Source: a virus
DNA length: 64,000 nucleotides
Strand: one strand, 5' to 3'
Virus record (IMG/VR): IMGVR_UViG_3300042868_009489
The position numbers and the translations under genes are program-made. Positions 53,346-64,000 of this stretch are shown here, piece after piece; positions within the stretch are counted from its first letter, which is position 1; the number at the start of each line of letters is the position of its first letter. The notes beneath the pieces are model-generated. The model saw nothing but the letters and a program-made list of their open reading frames with translations. It made no database searches and was not told the DNA's origin.

Positions 53346-56300
53346 TTAACCTCTTATTCCAGCCATAATATTTACCGAACCTGGATTTGAGTTATTCATT
53401 ACTGGAGATATATTACCATTTATTCCCATATCAAACATTAATCTCTGCAGTTTAGATCTAACGTCTTCTGGAGAAGAACCACCCTGTCCAAACATTGGGT
53501 AACTGGGATTAACTAAGTTTGCTTCTTTTACTTGCTGTGGGAAGAAGCCCATTTGTGACATCTCAAGACCCATTGACTGACCCATTTTTATTTTTACGTG
53601 TTCCATATTTGTATTTGGATGCCACACTTCAGAGCCTGCAGCAGGCAGTTCATGCCTAGTGAAGTAGTTTACTAAATCAGGTTTTCTTTCTACCGGCATA
53701 CCCCAAGCGGCTTCGTATATTCTTCTTTCCAATCTTCCAGCAGTCGATAGTACTTTACTTCTTTCACTCTTAGGCGCTTCAAGCATTGCTCTAAAGTGTT
53801 CTCTTTTTCTTTTTGGTATAGCTGCTGCAAGTTGGTCTATTGATTTTGTATTAAGATCTGCACCATACATTGTTTTTTTACTAGCAAGCATAAACTGATT
53901 TGCTGCGTCTATATCTCCAACTCTTTCAGCTCTAGCCGCGGCTGTTCTATTCTTTACATAACTTAAGATATCAACATATTCTTCAAGTGCTAATTCTTTT
54001 TTTCTATTCATTGGAATGAATTTAGTTTCTTTCATTTTTTGGAGAGCTGAATAGCCACCAACCGTTACTGCTCCTACGGTTGCAAGAGCTGCTTGCATTC
54101 TTTTGGTTTTTCCAAATGCGCCAAACGCGATTGCTCCTATACCTGCTGCCAAAACAGGGTTTCTTTGAGTTCCCTTATAATAGATTGGTTTAATAAAACT
54201 TTCTACTGGATTCTGCCATTCCGGGAATGTTGAACCATAAACATTTCTTCTTTCCCAATCTTCAGTTGCTGTTTTCCTTCCAGTAAATTTATTGTTAATA
54301 AAGTTGTCTGTGTGTAGTACGGATTCTTTTATTGTTCGTATTGGGTTAGTTATTTTTTCAATTTTAGAATAATCTGTGTAAGGAGTAAAATCAGTTTTAC
54401 TTTGAGCTATTGCATTTTGCTGAGCTCTTATTTGTCCGACTTTAATTATTTCATTTTCATCTAACCCCATTTTATCTATTCTTGAATTTAAAGCCCTAAA
54501 CTCTTTAGAGTATGGAGCTACATCAGCAAGAATATCTAGTTGATTTACTGCTCCGTATCTTCCATTGGAATCAGAATAAACTTTATTAAATCTTTCGTAA
54601 CCTACACCAGGTAATCTTAATTCACCTTCTTTTACTTTAGTAAATGGATCACCTGTAGTGAAGTCAATAAAGTTGCTGCTATTGGGAAGGAATGGATATT
54701 CTTTACCCATTGTGTTTTTAATTGGATTAATAAAACTAACATTAGTTCTTTCTTTTGGAATAAATCTTCTAACTATTTCAGAAGCTTCAATATTCCCAAG
54801 TGCACCTTCAGACTGAAGAGGTATGTCTCCTAATCCACCTAGATTTAAATCCCAGAAAGCTCTAGTTGTTCCATACGCTTTTGATGCGGATTGCAATACT
54901 GATTTATCTGGTTCAAAGTCATATGAACCAAAGCCAAGGGCAGACCTTATATTCCCACCAGCAAAACCATATATACCAAATGTTTCCTGTAATCTATAAC
55001 CAAGTTCTCCAGCTTGGAATTCGTTGCTACCTGATCTTATGGGCATTCCTGATGCAACGATTTTTGATGGCATAATTCCAGGTCCTGTTGGTGGACCAAA
55101 TTGAACTGGTTGGACCTGAGACGAAACAGGTACTCTTTGATAAGCTGCTGCTGCTAGCGCATCGTTTTGTGCTCCAGATTGACCACGGATCAACTGTCTT
55201 GCGGTATTTAATGATCCACTACTATTAGCTAATATTTGGTTTGAGCGAGAAATATTATAAGATCCAGCTGAAGCTCCCATTGGAGACGAAGCCGCCGCAC
55301 CAGCATAATCTGACAATGGGGATATAAATCTAAGTGGTTTTCCACCATAAGCAGCAGGACGAGCTGCTGGATAACTAACAGCTGGATCCCTCTGTTCTAC
55401 GTATCCGACATTGCCGGGGACCTCCTGGGGCATATAGGCGCCGCTGGCTCCAACTGGGGCATAACTAGATAGTGCTCTGTCTAATTCTTGCTTATGCATT
55501 ACCTTTTGAGGTTTTAAAATTCTTCCTATAGTTGCATTTAAGACTGGTACTGCTGCACCAAAGGGTCCCGAGAAATACTCTCCAGTTACAGGATAAGGTC
55601 TATCTTGATAGTGTTTTTTTTCAAATTTATAAGGGTCTAATGGACGCAGTGGAGAAAAGTCGTTGTAATATAACATCTTTTCCATTGGACTACCATAGGT
55701 GTCTGATGTGAACATCGCTCCACCTTGTAGTCTCCTATACCAAGATGGTCTATAGTATTCAATCTTTCCACCACTAAATTTTGTATTACCTAAAGGCCAA
55801 TATCTTCCCTTTTTGATTGGTACTTCACCAGTCAATAACTGTTGTCTTTTTTGTCCGTAACCCATTCCGCCAGGTACGACACCAGATATTGCTGCTTGAG
55901 CTTCAACTCCGACTCTAGCTACCGCACCAAGTGCAAATGGCGAATATACTCTTTCGCCTCTTTCGTCTTTTCCTTGCGTGTACCCGCCTACTGTTCTATC
56001 TACGGCTAATGCAGTTGTGCCTATGGCAACTGCCGGGAGTATTCTTTCTGCATTCATTCCCCTGAAATACATGTCAAGAGGACCGTGGAAGTTATCTGGA
56101 TCTAGACTAGAGCCAACAGTCCCAAAGTATCTATTTAATCTGTTGAAACCATGAGATACTGGAACAGAAGCTAAAGAAAAACCCTCTTCATTCCCATATG
56201 TTTTTATTCCAGCGGCACTAAGTAATGCTGCTTTTGGATTTCTTTTAAGAGCTGTACCAAATGTTGGAACAAATGCGTATGTCTCTCGACCAGATTGTCC

Positions 56301-59300
56301 AGATAAAGGACTTGCAGAAGGATTTTCAACATACCTTCCCATCCCTAAGTTTTTCTTAAATACAGCAAATGGTTTATTTATACCCATCTGAGAAATCATT
56401 GAAGATTGACCAGTTGTAACTATACTACCTTCAATGTGCGGATCTAATAAACCTTTTAATGACGGTTCCTGTAGTATCCTTCTCGTTTCTTGAAATCTTT
56501 TTAAAGGGTTTTGTAAAACATTTTCGAATCCTGTTGGTGATTTAGGATCAAATTTATATGTTTCAAATGCTGATAAGTTAAATATCGTAGATAAAGCAGA
56601 CGCTTGAGCTTCTGCTTTTTGTGCAGAAGATATAACTCCACTTGCAGTTAATTCGTCTATAGCAGAAGTAACGTTCTTCATGACTGTCATTGGATCGCCA
56701 GTCAATATTGATTTTCTTTCTAATAAAAATCTAAATACTTCTGACGACATTTCATCGCCTCTAGTCACAATACTAGATGATTTTTCAAACATCCTTGATT
56801 GTTGCGAGAAATCATCTATGTTTGCAAAAGATTTAATTCTAGCAAATGCCTTACTTACATCCTGATATCTCTTTAAATCAATATCATTTCTTATTGACAA
56901 TCTTTGGGAATCTAGAACATCTTCCAATGCACTTGAAACCCTACTTGCTTGGCCTGGAGCTGATATTCCAGTAATGTCATCAACGCTAAGACCTCCAAGT
57001 TCATCAGGTGTAAATGAACTGAGCACTTTTCTTTGAACTGATTTATTAGTTCCGTAACTCAATTGCCTATTTGCAAACCTAGTAAACGCTTCCATCAACT
57101 GAGAATGTGATGCTACTTGTTTTCCTGAATCAACATCAAGTAAGTTATATCTAGCTACTTTTCCGGCGTCATCTAATTCAGTACTTAACTGTAAATTCTT
57201 TTTTCTTCCAACTCCACCAACTGAAAATGTTTCATCAACATTACCAGATATTAGTCTAGCCATTACAGCTTCGTTTTCTATGTCTGCCTGTCTATTAACT
57301 AATCTTCCAAAAAATTTAAACAAAGAGTTTGGTTGCTCATCTGCATAATCTAAACGTTCTTTAACTTTTCCTACTAAACCTGTTGCCGTACGAGTTTGCT
57401 GCGTTCTTTTTCCTGCAGCTAATTCTGCGGTGCTGGTGAACATTGATGAAACTGCTGTTGGAACTGGCCTATATGTTCCTTCTATGGCTGTAGATGCACC
57501 TGCGGCGTGTTCGTACAGTCTGCCTTTTGTTCCTAGGAATCCACCTGTACTGTGCCATGTGTAAAAATCTGCTTTGGATCCCTTAACAAATGGTTGACTT
57601 GCTGCTCCTGAAGTTACTTGATATCTTCCAGCTTTTGCCATTCCAGCAAAGTCTTTATAGCCCAACATTTGCATTGGGTTAATTCCAATAATAGGAACCT
57701 TTATTTCAGTAGCTAATGCTTCTGTTACTTTTCTAAGTCCAGATCTTATTGGGTTAAAGTTTACTACATCTCCACTATTGGACTGATAATATCCTTTAAC
57801 GTTACTTAACGTAGTTTGATTAGAAGATGTTTTAATTCTATTTAATATGCCTAACTCAGCACTGTCTTTTCCACTTAATATATTTTTAGTTAATGATTTT
57901 TGAAGTGGACCTTCTGGTATCTGGTCTGTAATAGTTTTATAAGATAATTTTTCTCTTTCTAGAAAATCGTCTACAGTAAGACCTCTTAATCCAAAAAGTC
58001 CAGCTAATCCAGATGTTGGGCCAGCAACCATTTCTTTATTGTTCATCAAGTAGCCTCTAAGTTGAGAGGCGTTCCTCATGTCTATTCCACGAGCACCCAA
58101 TGCTTTAGCTAATTGATTTGGATCTCCTAATGTTGATTCATCTAAACCAAATACTTTTCCAGCTCTTTTAGCCATTTCAAGTCTAGCTTGAGATGCCTGA
58201 ATTGAATCTCCAGCTGAATCAAGAAAATTTAATCTATTTAATTTTTGTGGTTTTAATACTGAAGAAAAAACTTCTTTTTCAAAAGTTTCTCTAGCTGAAC
58301 GATGAGCTCCAGATACATCTATCCCAACGTTTAAACCATATTTGCTTGCTCTAGCATTTTCGGCTATAGACTTGTCTACTGCAGCTACTGCTTTACTTAA
58401 TGCGTCTGCGTTGAAAGTGTCTGGTATTGGATTATTTTTTCCAAATTTTCCAGAATTAAATCTAGCTATTATTTGACCAAAAAAATCTTCTCCAACAATT
58501 TCTTGTTCGCCCATCCCCAATCGTTCAGTTGCGCTTATTATTTCTTTTGCAGGTATACCACTACTTGTAGCAATTTCTCTATAGATATCATCGCTAACAC
58601 TAAGGTTTTGACTAAATTTTTTGGCAACAGCCTCACTTAATCCATCGTCTATTAATCGTTGCTCTAGTCTACTTTTGTAAGCACCTTGTCTCAACATTTT
58701 TATAAAATCAGTTGATGCGCCTTTTCCACCAGCTTTGGTATCAAATTCTCTTAAAAGACTAAATACATCTGATGATCTTTTTCTTTGTATATTTAATATT
58801 GATTCACCAAGTGAGGTGTTAATTAATTGAGCGCCTTCTGTAGTTGCTTTATCGGCTCCAAGAATTTTTCCAAAACCTTCTTGTATTTTATTCCAGTTGT
58901 ATCCAGGCTTATCTAGAAATGATTGAGCAAACGAAAGTTTTTGGTATTCTTCATGTGCTGATTTTGCACCTTGTCTAACTGCCTTATAACCAGGAATCAG
59001 ATCCAGCATTGAATCTATTTTCGTACCTTGTACAGTACCTGTTCCAGTACTTGTTGTTATCTTATTTAATGCTGCTTTATCACCTTTATATATATCTCTA
59101 GCTAAATTTTGTATTACTTGTTTTCTAGAAGGCTTTGATAGACCAGGTGCTGGAGTGGAACCATGTCTTTGTGAATACAGAGCTGCAACTGGGTTTTTGT
59201 GAATGTCTGTCATTGCAATAAATGAACTTGCTAAAGCTCCAGATGATCTTTCTGAGAACTTAATTGATTTATCTAATACGCTAAATAAATCATGACCAAC

Positions 59301-60168
59301 ACCTTCGAGCATTCCTTTGAGATTTAAAGACTTTTCATATATAGCATGTTTTGTTGTATTTTTTATCGTAGAATAACCAGTGGCGTTTGTTGCCATCAGT
59401 CTTTCTTGTGCTGTTCTATAAAAATTTAATGAGCTTTCTTTTGCTGCACCAGCCGCAGCTGTTGGTAGCATAAAGCCACCCATTTGGAACAAAGCTGTTT
59501 TAGCTAAATCCTTACCTAAATCTATACCTCTGGATGGATCATACCATTTCTTTTTTGGCCCAAGATCTTCTTCTTTTCCACCAAACAGTGGCTTAGTTAT
59601 GTACTTATCTGCTGCATAAAAAGCAGGTACTTCATACGGTAGTCTTCTAGCTTGACGAACTAGTCTTTGTTGCAGTTCATCTCTATAGTGCCACGTGGCG
59701 GTTGATGAAGCTCCTCTTCCCTCAGCCCTGAATGCGTAACCAGCATTAACAACGCTCTTGTGTCCTTCGTAACCTGTTTGAAGTTTTCCAGCGGAATCAA
59801 AAACTAATTTTGTTTTCCCCTCTTCTAAACGAGTTATTCCTTCAAGTTCATCGAGTATGCTTCTTGCTTTTAGTAAACCATAATTAGCTCTAGATATAAT
59901 ACTACTTTCAGCAGATGATGCTGCTCTTTCAGTAAGAGCTTTTCCGTATCTTTAAGCCACCACCTCTTAAGAATTTTCCAGCAACTGTAGCAGCAACGCC
60001 AGTCGCAATCATGGCAGAAGCCATCTTTACTAGCGGTCTACCTTCTAGGGCCCTGTTAACATATCCAGAATCTGGGGATGGACCGTTCTGAGTATCGTCT
60101 CCGGTGGTGAATTCTCTAGAAGTTACGCCAAATCCAATATTATGGATCGGTCCTCTATCTCTCTGCAT
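53346..60168 (-). CDS. Large tape-measure-like virion protein, 2273 aa when joined by a +1 shift at CGG-A (59944-59946)
   Basis: The 79-aa ORF has a strong RBS and joins the 2048-aa ORF through a stop-free bridge of about 150 codons. It is Ala/Gly-rich, helical and follows the tail chaperones. Confidence 0.7.
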
Positions 60169-60185
60169 GATTCACCCCCTCTTTT

Positions 60186-60819
60186 TTATCTGCCCATACC
60201 CCATAGTTTTTGAGCAATGGGGTCACTATATGTTGCAGATCCTTCAACCTTAGATGCATTGTGTCTAGCTGCTGACAGATTCTCTTTTTCTCTTTCTTCC
60301 TGAGGATCTATCAGGGATAGAGATACGTTAGTAGATTCTATTCCAGCAATCGCTTGCTGAACTTCAATTATTTTTTCTGCTAATGCAACTCTTTCCGCTA
60401 GCTTTGAATATGTTAGCGAATCTAGAAATTCTGGAGTATCTGTATGTATAGTAGCTAGAACAAAGGCTTTCATTAAGCCTCTAACATGATTAGCTATTAC
60501 TCTTTTTTCTTCCAAAATTCGCTTAGCTGTGCGTGCTGATGCGAAGCCAGAGAATTCAATTATTTGCTCAGCCAAAGAGCTTATGGCTCCAGGTGGAAAT
60601 TTATTTAAATCAAAGTCTTCAGGATATACTACAGATGCTCTAATGATTTCATCTTCTGCGTCAGCAGAAGAATTACCCTCAGTGCTTTTATATGCTGCAA
60701 CTTTGTCAAATTCAGAAAAAGTTAATTCTTTAAATACTATTTCAGATCCGTTTTATTTCAGTCTGAAATATTGAACCATGTCTTTTCTTTAGTTCAAAAA
60801 GAATTCCTGCATCTAACAT
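60186..60819 (-). CDS. Tail assembly chaperone-like protein 2, 210 aa when joined by a +1 shift at CGG-A (60748-60750)
   Basis: MLDAGILFELKKRHGSIFQTEIK-G-SEIVFKELTFSEF aligns by eye with the upstream paralog IKAWKKQYGEVYVTSISFDKHIVWRVLSRIEY; both end the domain in I.E.SGF-like motifs. Confidence 0.75.
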
Positions 60820-60820
60820 C

Positions 60821-61360
60821 TTAGAGTTGTCTAACCTCTAAGGCAACGAATCCAGAAGCCTCTAGAACTTCTTGTGAGATCAAAGAAGGAAGACCTGCCA
60901 TGTCACCAGTGAGAGCTTGCTTATCATATGATGGGAACAAGATGCAGAGTTCTGAAATTGCTTCTTCATTCCACATATTAGCTTCTGCGTTAGAAAGCTG
61001 ACCGGCTTGCATTAAGGTTTCCATCTTTTTCACCAATTGCTTGTATTCAATTCTAGAAAGGACTCTCCAGACAATGTGCTTATCAAATGAAATAGAAGTT
61101 ACATATACTTCACCGTACTGTTTCTTCCATGCTTTAATTTGTCCAGCGTTAGGGCCATTATCAAAGATGACTTGATCGTCTGCTAGTTCTTCAACTGTTG
61201 TAGCCTGTTCAACAGGGATCTGCTCATCTGAATAATCAGATACAACGATGTCACCGTCTTGTGGTTCATCTGTTTCTAAAAAAATTTCAACTGAATCGGC
61301 AGCAATTTTTTCTGCCATTTCCTTGTCTTGTCTAACTACTACTTTTCTCTTCTCAGACAT
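60821..61360 (-). CDS. Tail assembly chaperone-like protein 1
   Basis: WKKQYGEVY...WRVLSR.EYK...CILFP...LEASGF; lies between the tube genes and the tape-measure-like gene. Confidence 0.7.
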   Translation of the reverse strand: MSEKRKVVVRQDKEMAEKIAADSVEIFLETDEPQDGDIVVSDYSDEQIPVEQATTVEELADDQVIFDNGPNAGQIKAWKKQYGEVYVTSISFDKHIVWRVLSRIEYKQLVKKMETLMQAGQLSNAEANMWNEEAISELCILFPSYDKQALTGDMAGLPSLISQEVLEASGFVALEVRQL

Positions 61361-61388
61361 TGTTTCTCCTTATATCGTTTCAAGTTAC

Positions 61389-61397
61389 ATTATATCA
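61389..61397 (-). promoter_or_regulatory. Extended -10 promoter TGATATAAT
   Basis: Perfect TGn-TATAAT upstream of the AAGGAG RBS of the chaperone gene. Confidence 0.55.
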
Positions 61398-61414
61398 TAT
61401 CTATATTAAAATTA

Positions 61415-62452
61415 TTATCTTGGCAGCGTACTTTCAGTCCTGTTTACCAATGGACTCTCAACCACCGATTTTGTAGCATTAGAAGCCTGTGGCTCTGTTG
61501 TAACAAAGGTCTTACCAGTATATGGGTTAAAGCCGGATTCTGCCTCTGTCATATAAAAATCTCTTGCCACAAAGCTATAGGTCTCTATTAAGGGAGATCC
61601 TCCGCTTTGGTATTCTGTGCTCATTTGCATTAAATGAACATTTTGTAAAACAATCTTCATTGGAGTCTTATTGTCAGCCATCTTAACTTTTCGCTCATTT
61701 ATGTCAGTAGATATTATCCTGTCCAAGTTGTCTCTCTGCTCCATAGAGGCCGTAGAGGCGTTCTCCGTGACTCCTACGGGGCTCAAACTTGATTCCTCTA
61801 CTCCATAGACTATAACGAAGTTAAATGGAGGATGAGCGCTAAAGATGTTATGTTGACCATCTGCTGAAGATGTGCTTATTGCTGGATCGGTGGTTATTCT
61901 ATCTAACTGACTATTGGCCCAATATTTCTGTATGTTTTCTTCATCTGTTCTTGATTCGTTTTGTGATCTTAAAACAGATACGACTCCAGAGTTATCACCC
62001 TTACCTGATGCAGAAAAGCTTCTGACTCTTGCTGCTTCTTCTAGAAGATGTGTCATCCTTCTAGGGTATCTTGAGTATAGGGAAAACTGACCAGTTATTA
62101 TTCTGGAACCGTTCATCATAGCGTCAAAATTATATGACCAGAATCCATAGACTGCTTGCTTTTCTTGTTTAATTAAAAAGCCAAATCCAGCTATATCTAG
62201 TTCATCTTTTGGATCAAACAAACCATCGATATATACTTTTACATCTTCGCCGGAGAAAAAGTAATCATAATAATTACTAAAACGAGGATCTCCAGTAGTT
62301 TTGCCACCAGCCCAATAAAGATCTAATTCTGCACTAAGAGGATCGAATGTTCCATTCTTATTTCCTAAACCAGGATTAGTTGAGACGGTATCCTGGTATG
62401 GAATATAGCCACTAAATGGTCTATATGGAATAGCTCTATATGGACTTGTCAT
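61415..62452 (-). CDS. Tail-tube-like virion protein (paralog 3)
   Basis: FSGEDVKVYI, GSRIITGQF, PPFNFVIVY and ETYSFVARD. Confidence 0.7.
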   Translation of the reverse strand: MTSPYRAIPYRPFSGYIPYQDTVSTNPGLGNKNGTFDPLSAELDLYWAGGKTTGDPRFSNYYDYFFSGEDVKVYIDGLFDPKDELDIAGFGFLIKQEKQAVYGFWSYNFDAMMNGSRIITGQFSLYSRYPRRMTHLLEEAARVRSFSASGKGDNSGVVSVLRSQNESRTDEENIQKYWANSQLDRITTDPAISTSSADGQHNIFSAHPPFNFVIVYGVEESSLSPVGVTENASTASMEQRDNLDRIISTDINERKVKMADNKTPMKIVLQNVHLMQMSTEYQSGGSPLIETYSFVARDFYMTEAESGFNPYTGKTFVTTEPQASNATKSVVESPLVNRTESTLPR

Positions 62453-62461
62453 ACTTAAACC

Positions 62462-63235
62462 TTAAACGATTGTAGGCGGTGAATATATTCTTTCAATAAA
62501 ATTCTTATAATCTTCGACTCTATCTCCAAAAGCATTTGTTGATATTCTTAATCTCTCGTTTTGTTGAGCTTGATATCCATCTGGGTACCTAAGGTCATCA
62601 CGAGCCGTATCTAATTGTACCAGAGGCTGTAGCCCTCTAGCCATATACGTATAAGTTTGTTCGGTGATTAAGTCGTCTATTGACATAGTACCGCCCTCAT
62701 CTACGAGGGTAACACCAAATATTTTCATTTTTGCTGCCAAGCCGTATTCATTAAAGAAGGTAAATACAATGTCAAATGGTGGCAACATGTCTGCCAACGG
62801 TGCAAAGTAGCCCTTGCTGTCAGAAAGAATTTTTCTGTAACTTTCTATTCTATAAAATGCATACTCGTTAAACTGGGTGAATATCATACTTCCAGCTATA
62901 GTTCTAGCACCTTTTACGAAGCCTCTTGGATTGACATGACCAAGTGTTCTTACTGGAGAGTTTTCTCTGTGCATTGAATATGATATCGTTTGAAGCTCTG
63001 CCATTTCCAGTACATCGCCTTCATTGGAAATGAATCCATTTTCTCCAATTTTAGGAATAATGATTGTAGCTGTTATGTCTGCGCCAGAAAATGACATATC
63101 AGAAAATGGATCTGGAAGATTGTTATCTCTTCTAAATTCTTTTACACCCTCCTCATAAGTAGAGAGTCTATTTTTCCTTGATGATATAGTCGTGAGATTC
63201 GCTATATCTGATACATCATTTCTATTAAATGCCAT
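62462..63235 (-). CDS. Tail-tube-like virion protein (paralog 2)
   Basis: FSGADITAT, RENSPVRTLG..PRGFVKGARTIAGSMIF, LPPFDI and SIDDLITEQTYTYMAR. Confidence 0.75.
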   Translation of the reverse strand: MAFNRNDVSDIANLTTISSRKNRLSTYEEGVKEFRRDNNLPDPFSDMSFSGADITATIIIPKIGENGFISNEGDVLEMAELQTISYSMHRENSPVRTLGHVNPRGFVKGARTIAGSMIFTQFNEYAFYRIESYRKILSDSKGYFAPLADMLPPFDIVFTFFNEYGLAAKMKIFGVTLVDEGGTMSIDDLITEQTYTYMARGLQPLVQLDTARDDLRYPDGYQAQQNERLRISTNAFGDRVEDYKNFIERIYSPPTIV

Positions 63236-63245
63236 GTTGTTCCTT

Positions 63246-63294
63246 AAAAATAAAATAGTGGAGGATTGGTCCTACACCAAGTCCTCCACTATTT
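63246..63294 (-). terminator. Rho-independent terminator
   Basis: AAATAGTGGAGGACTTGGT-GTAGG-ACCAATCCTCCACTATTT followed by TATTTTT on the minus strand. Confidence 0.8.
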
Positions 63295-63322
63295 AATAAC
63301 TACTATACTTATTTGATTATAA

Positions 63323-64000
63323 TTATGGTCTAATTATCTCGCTGTTTAATCCGCTAGATGATACTGCATCTTTGCTGATTAATGAACCTAGGTCATCTGA
63401 GTTGAATCTGTTAAGATTATCCGTTGTAATCTTATACATTGGACCAATTTCACGAGCAACGTATGTCATTGTTTCTTCGATAACAATGTCATCCATCGAA
63501 GCTCCTGAACCTTCATTTAACAGTTCAACACCATAGATTGATCTAACAGCAGCTTGGCCATATTCGTTAACAAATGTGATTGTAATATCGAATGGTGGGA
63601 TTTGGTCTGCATAGTATGGTGTCTTGCTAACTACGTCTCTTGTTTGATTTGTTACTTCAGCAATACCTCTCTTGTGGCTTGGATCGCCAGGAAGTGTATT
63701 ATGAGCTCTTGTAAAAAACTTCATTTCCGAAGAAGAGTTATGATGTGTCTCAAGCATCTGGTACAGAGCTGGGCGGTCAAATACTGTGAATATCAACGAA
63801 CCAGCAATACCTCTTTTACCTCTTGAAAATGAACGTGGGTTTGGTGAACCCATTGTATAAATTGGCGCCTTTTCTCTTGTCACCGAGAAAGTGATTCCCG
63901 AAAGAGCTCCGATTTCAACGCCACCAAAAGTGGCAACAATATCAGCACCAGAAAATGTTGTATAAGTATTGAGATACTTGTTTACTGGACTGTCGTAGTA
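63323..64000 (-). CDS. Probable major tail tube protein (partial, start lies beyond the window)
   Basis: The frame is open to 64000 (YYDSPVNKYLNTYTTFSGADIVATFGG...); REKAPIYTMG..PRSFSRGKRGIAGSLIF, QIPPFDITI and ETMTYVAR; followed by a terminator. Confidence 0.75.
   Translation of the reverse strand, partial: YYDSPVNKYLNTYTTFSGADIVATFGGVEIGALSGITFSVTREKAPIYTMGSPNPRSFSRGKRGIAGSLIFTVFDRPALYQMLETHHNSSSEMKFFTRAHNTLPGDPSHKRGIAEVTNQTRDVVSKTPYYADQIPPFDITITFVNEYGQAAVRSIYGVELLNEGSGASMDDIVIEETMTYVAREIGPMYKITTDNLNRFNSDDLGSLISKDAVSSSGLNSEIIRP

Noticed and set aside
14574-60819. Frame breaks as random homopolymer sequencing errors or pseudogenes
   Set aside because: All eight breaks have the same direction (+1), coincide with a phase-0 CGG-R, mostly lack homopolymers, and lie in genes with no other sign of decay. 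This is judged unlikely, but only raw reads can exclude it formally.
60740-60830. Classical lambda G/GT-type -1 frameshift fusing the two chaperone genes
   Set aside because: The second gene has its own ATG immediately after the first gene's stop, no XXXYYYZ heptamer is evident, and the break needed is +1 at CGG.
94-63826. Plus-strand ORFs and short nested minus-strand ORFs in the track
   Set aside because: They are short antisense or alternate-frame shadows lying almost entirely inside well-supported minus-strand genes, with no recognisable motifs.
1-64000. Stop-codon reassignment (genetic code 4 or 15)
   Set aside because: Long ORFs are open under code 11; TAA, TAG and TGA all end genes; and the gaps are fixed by a frame change, not by read-through.
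1-64000. tRNA genes, CRISPR arrays, integrases or transposases
   Set aside because: None recognised, and intergenic space is minimal. Any suppressor tRNA would have to lie outside this window.

Overview
This is a 64 kb segment of a large, AT-rich, tailed dsDNA phage with a contractile-tail (myovirus-type) gene set. All real genes are on the minus strand. Reading in the direction of transcription (64000 to 1), the order is: three paralogous tail-tube-like genes, two tail-chaperone-like genes, two virion proteins of about 2,000 aa, a 3,790-aa hub-like protein, a three-domain peptidoglycan hydrolase, baseplate genes, a metallophosphoesterase, further virion proteins, an actinophage-type holin, and a nucleotide-metabolism/modification block (class II NrdJ, ThyX, dCMP deaminase, SNase, 2OG-Fe(II) oxygenase, nucleoside deoxyribosyltransferase-like, two GT2 glycosyltransferases). 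The host may be an actinobacterium, inferred from the holin and the NrdJ/ThyX set. The main discovery is that seven genes in the virion block are interrupted at eight sites. Every site is an in-frame CGG followed by a purine (7 CGG-A, 1 CGG-G), and skipping one base there (reading GGA/GGG, Gly) restores a full-length ORF. My manual scan found no other in-frame CGG in the minus-strand genes, although CGG is common in the other two phases. This points to codon-triggered +1 frameshifting or four-base decoding of CGG-R confined here to virion-block genes. A systematic assembly artefact still has to be excluded with raw reads.
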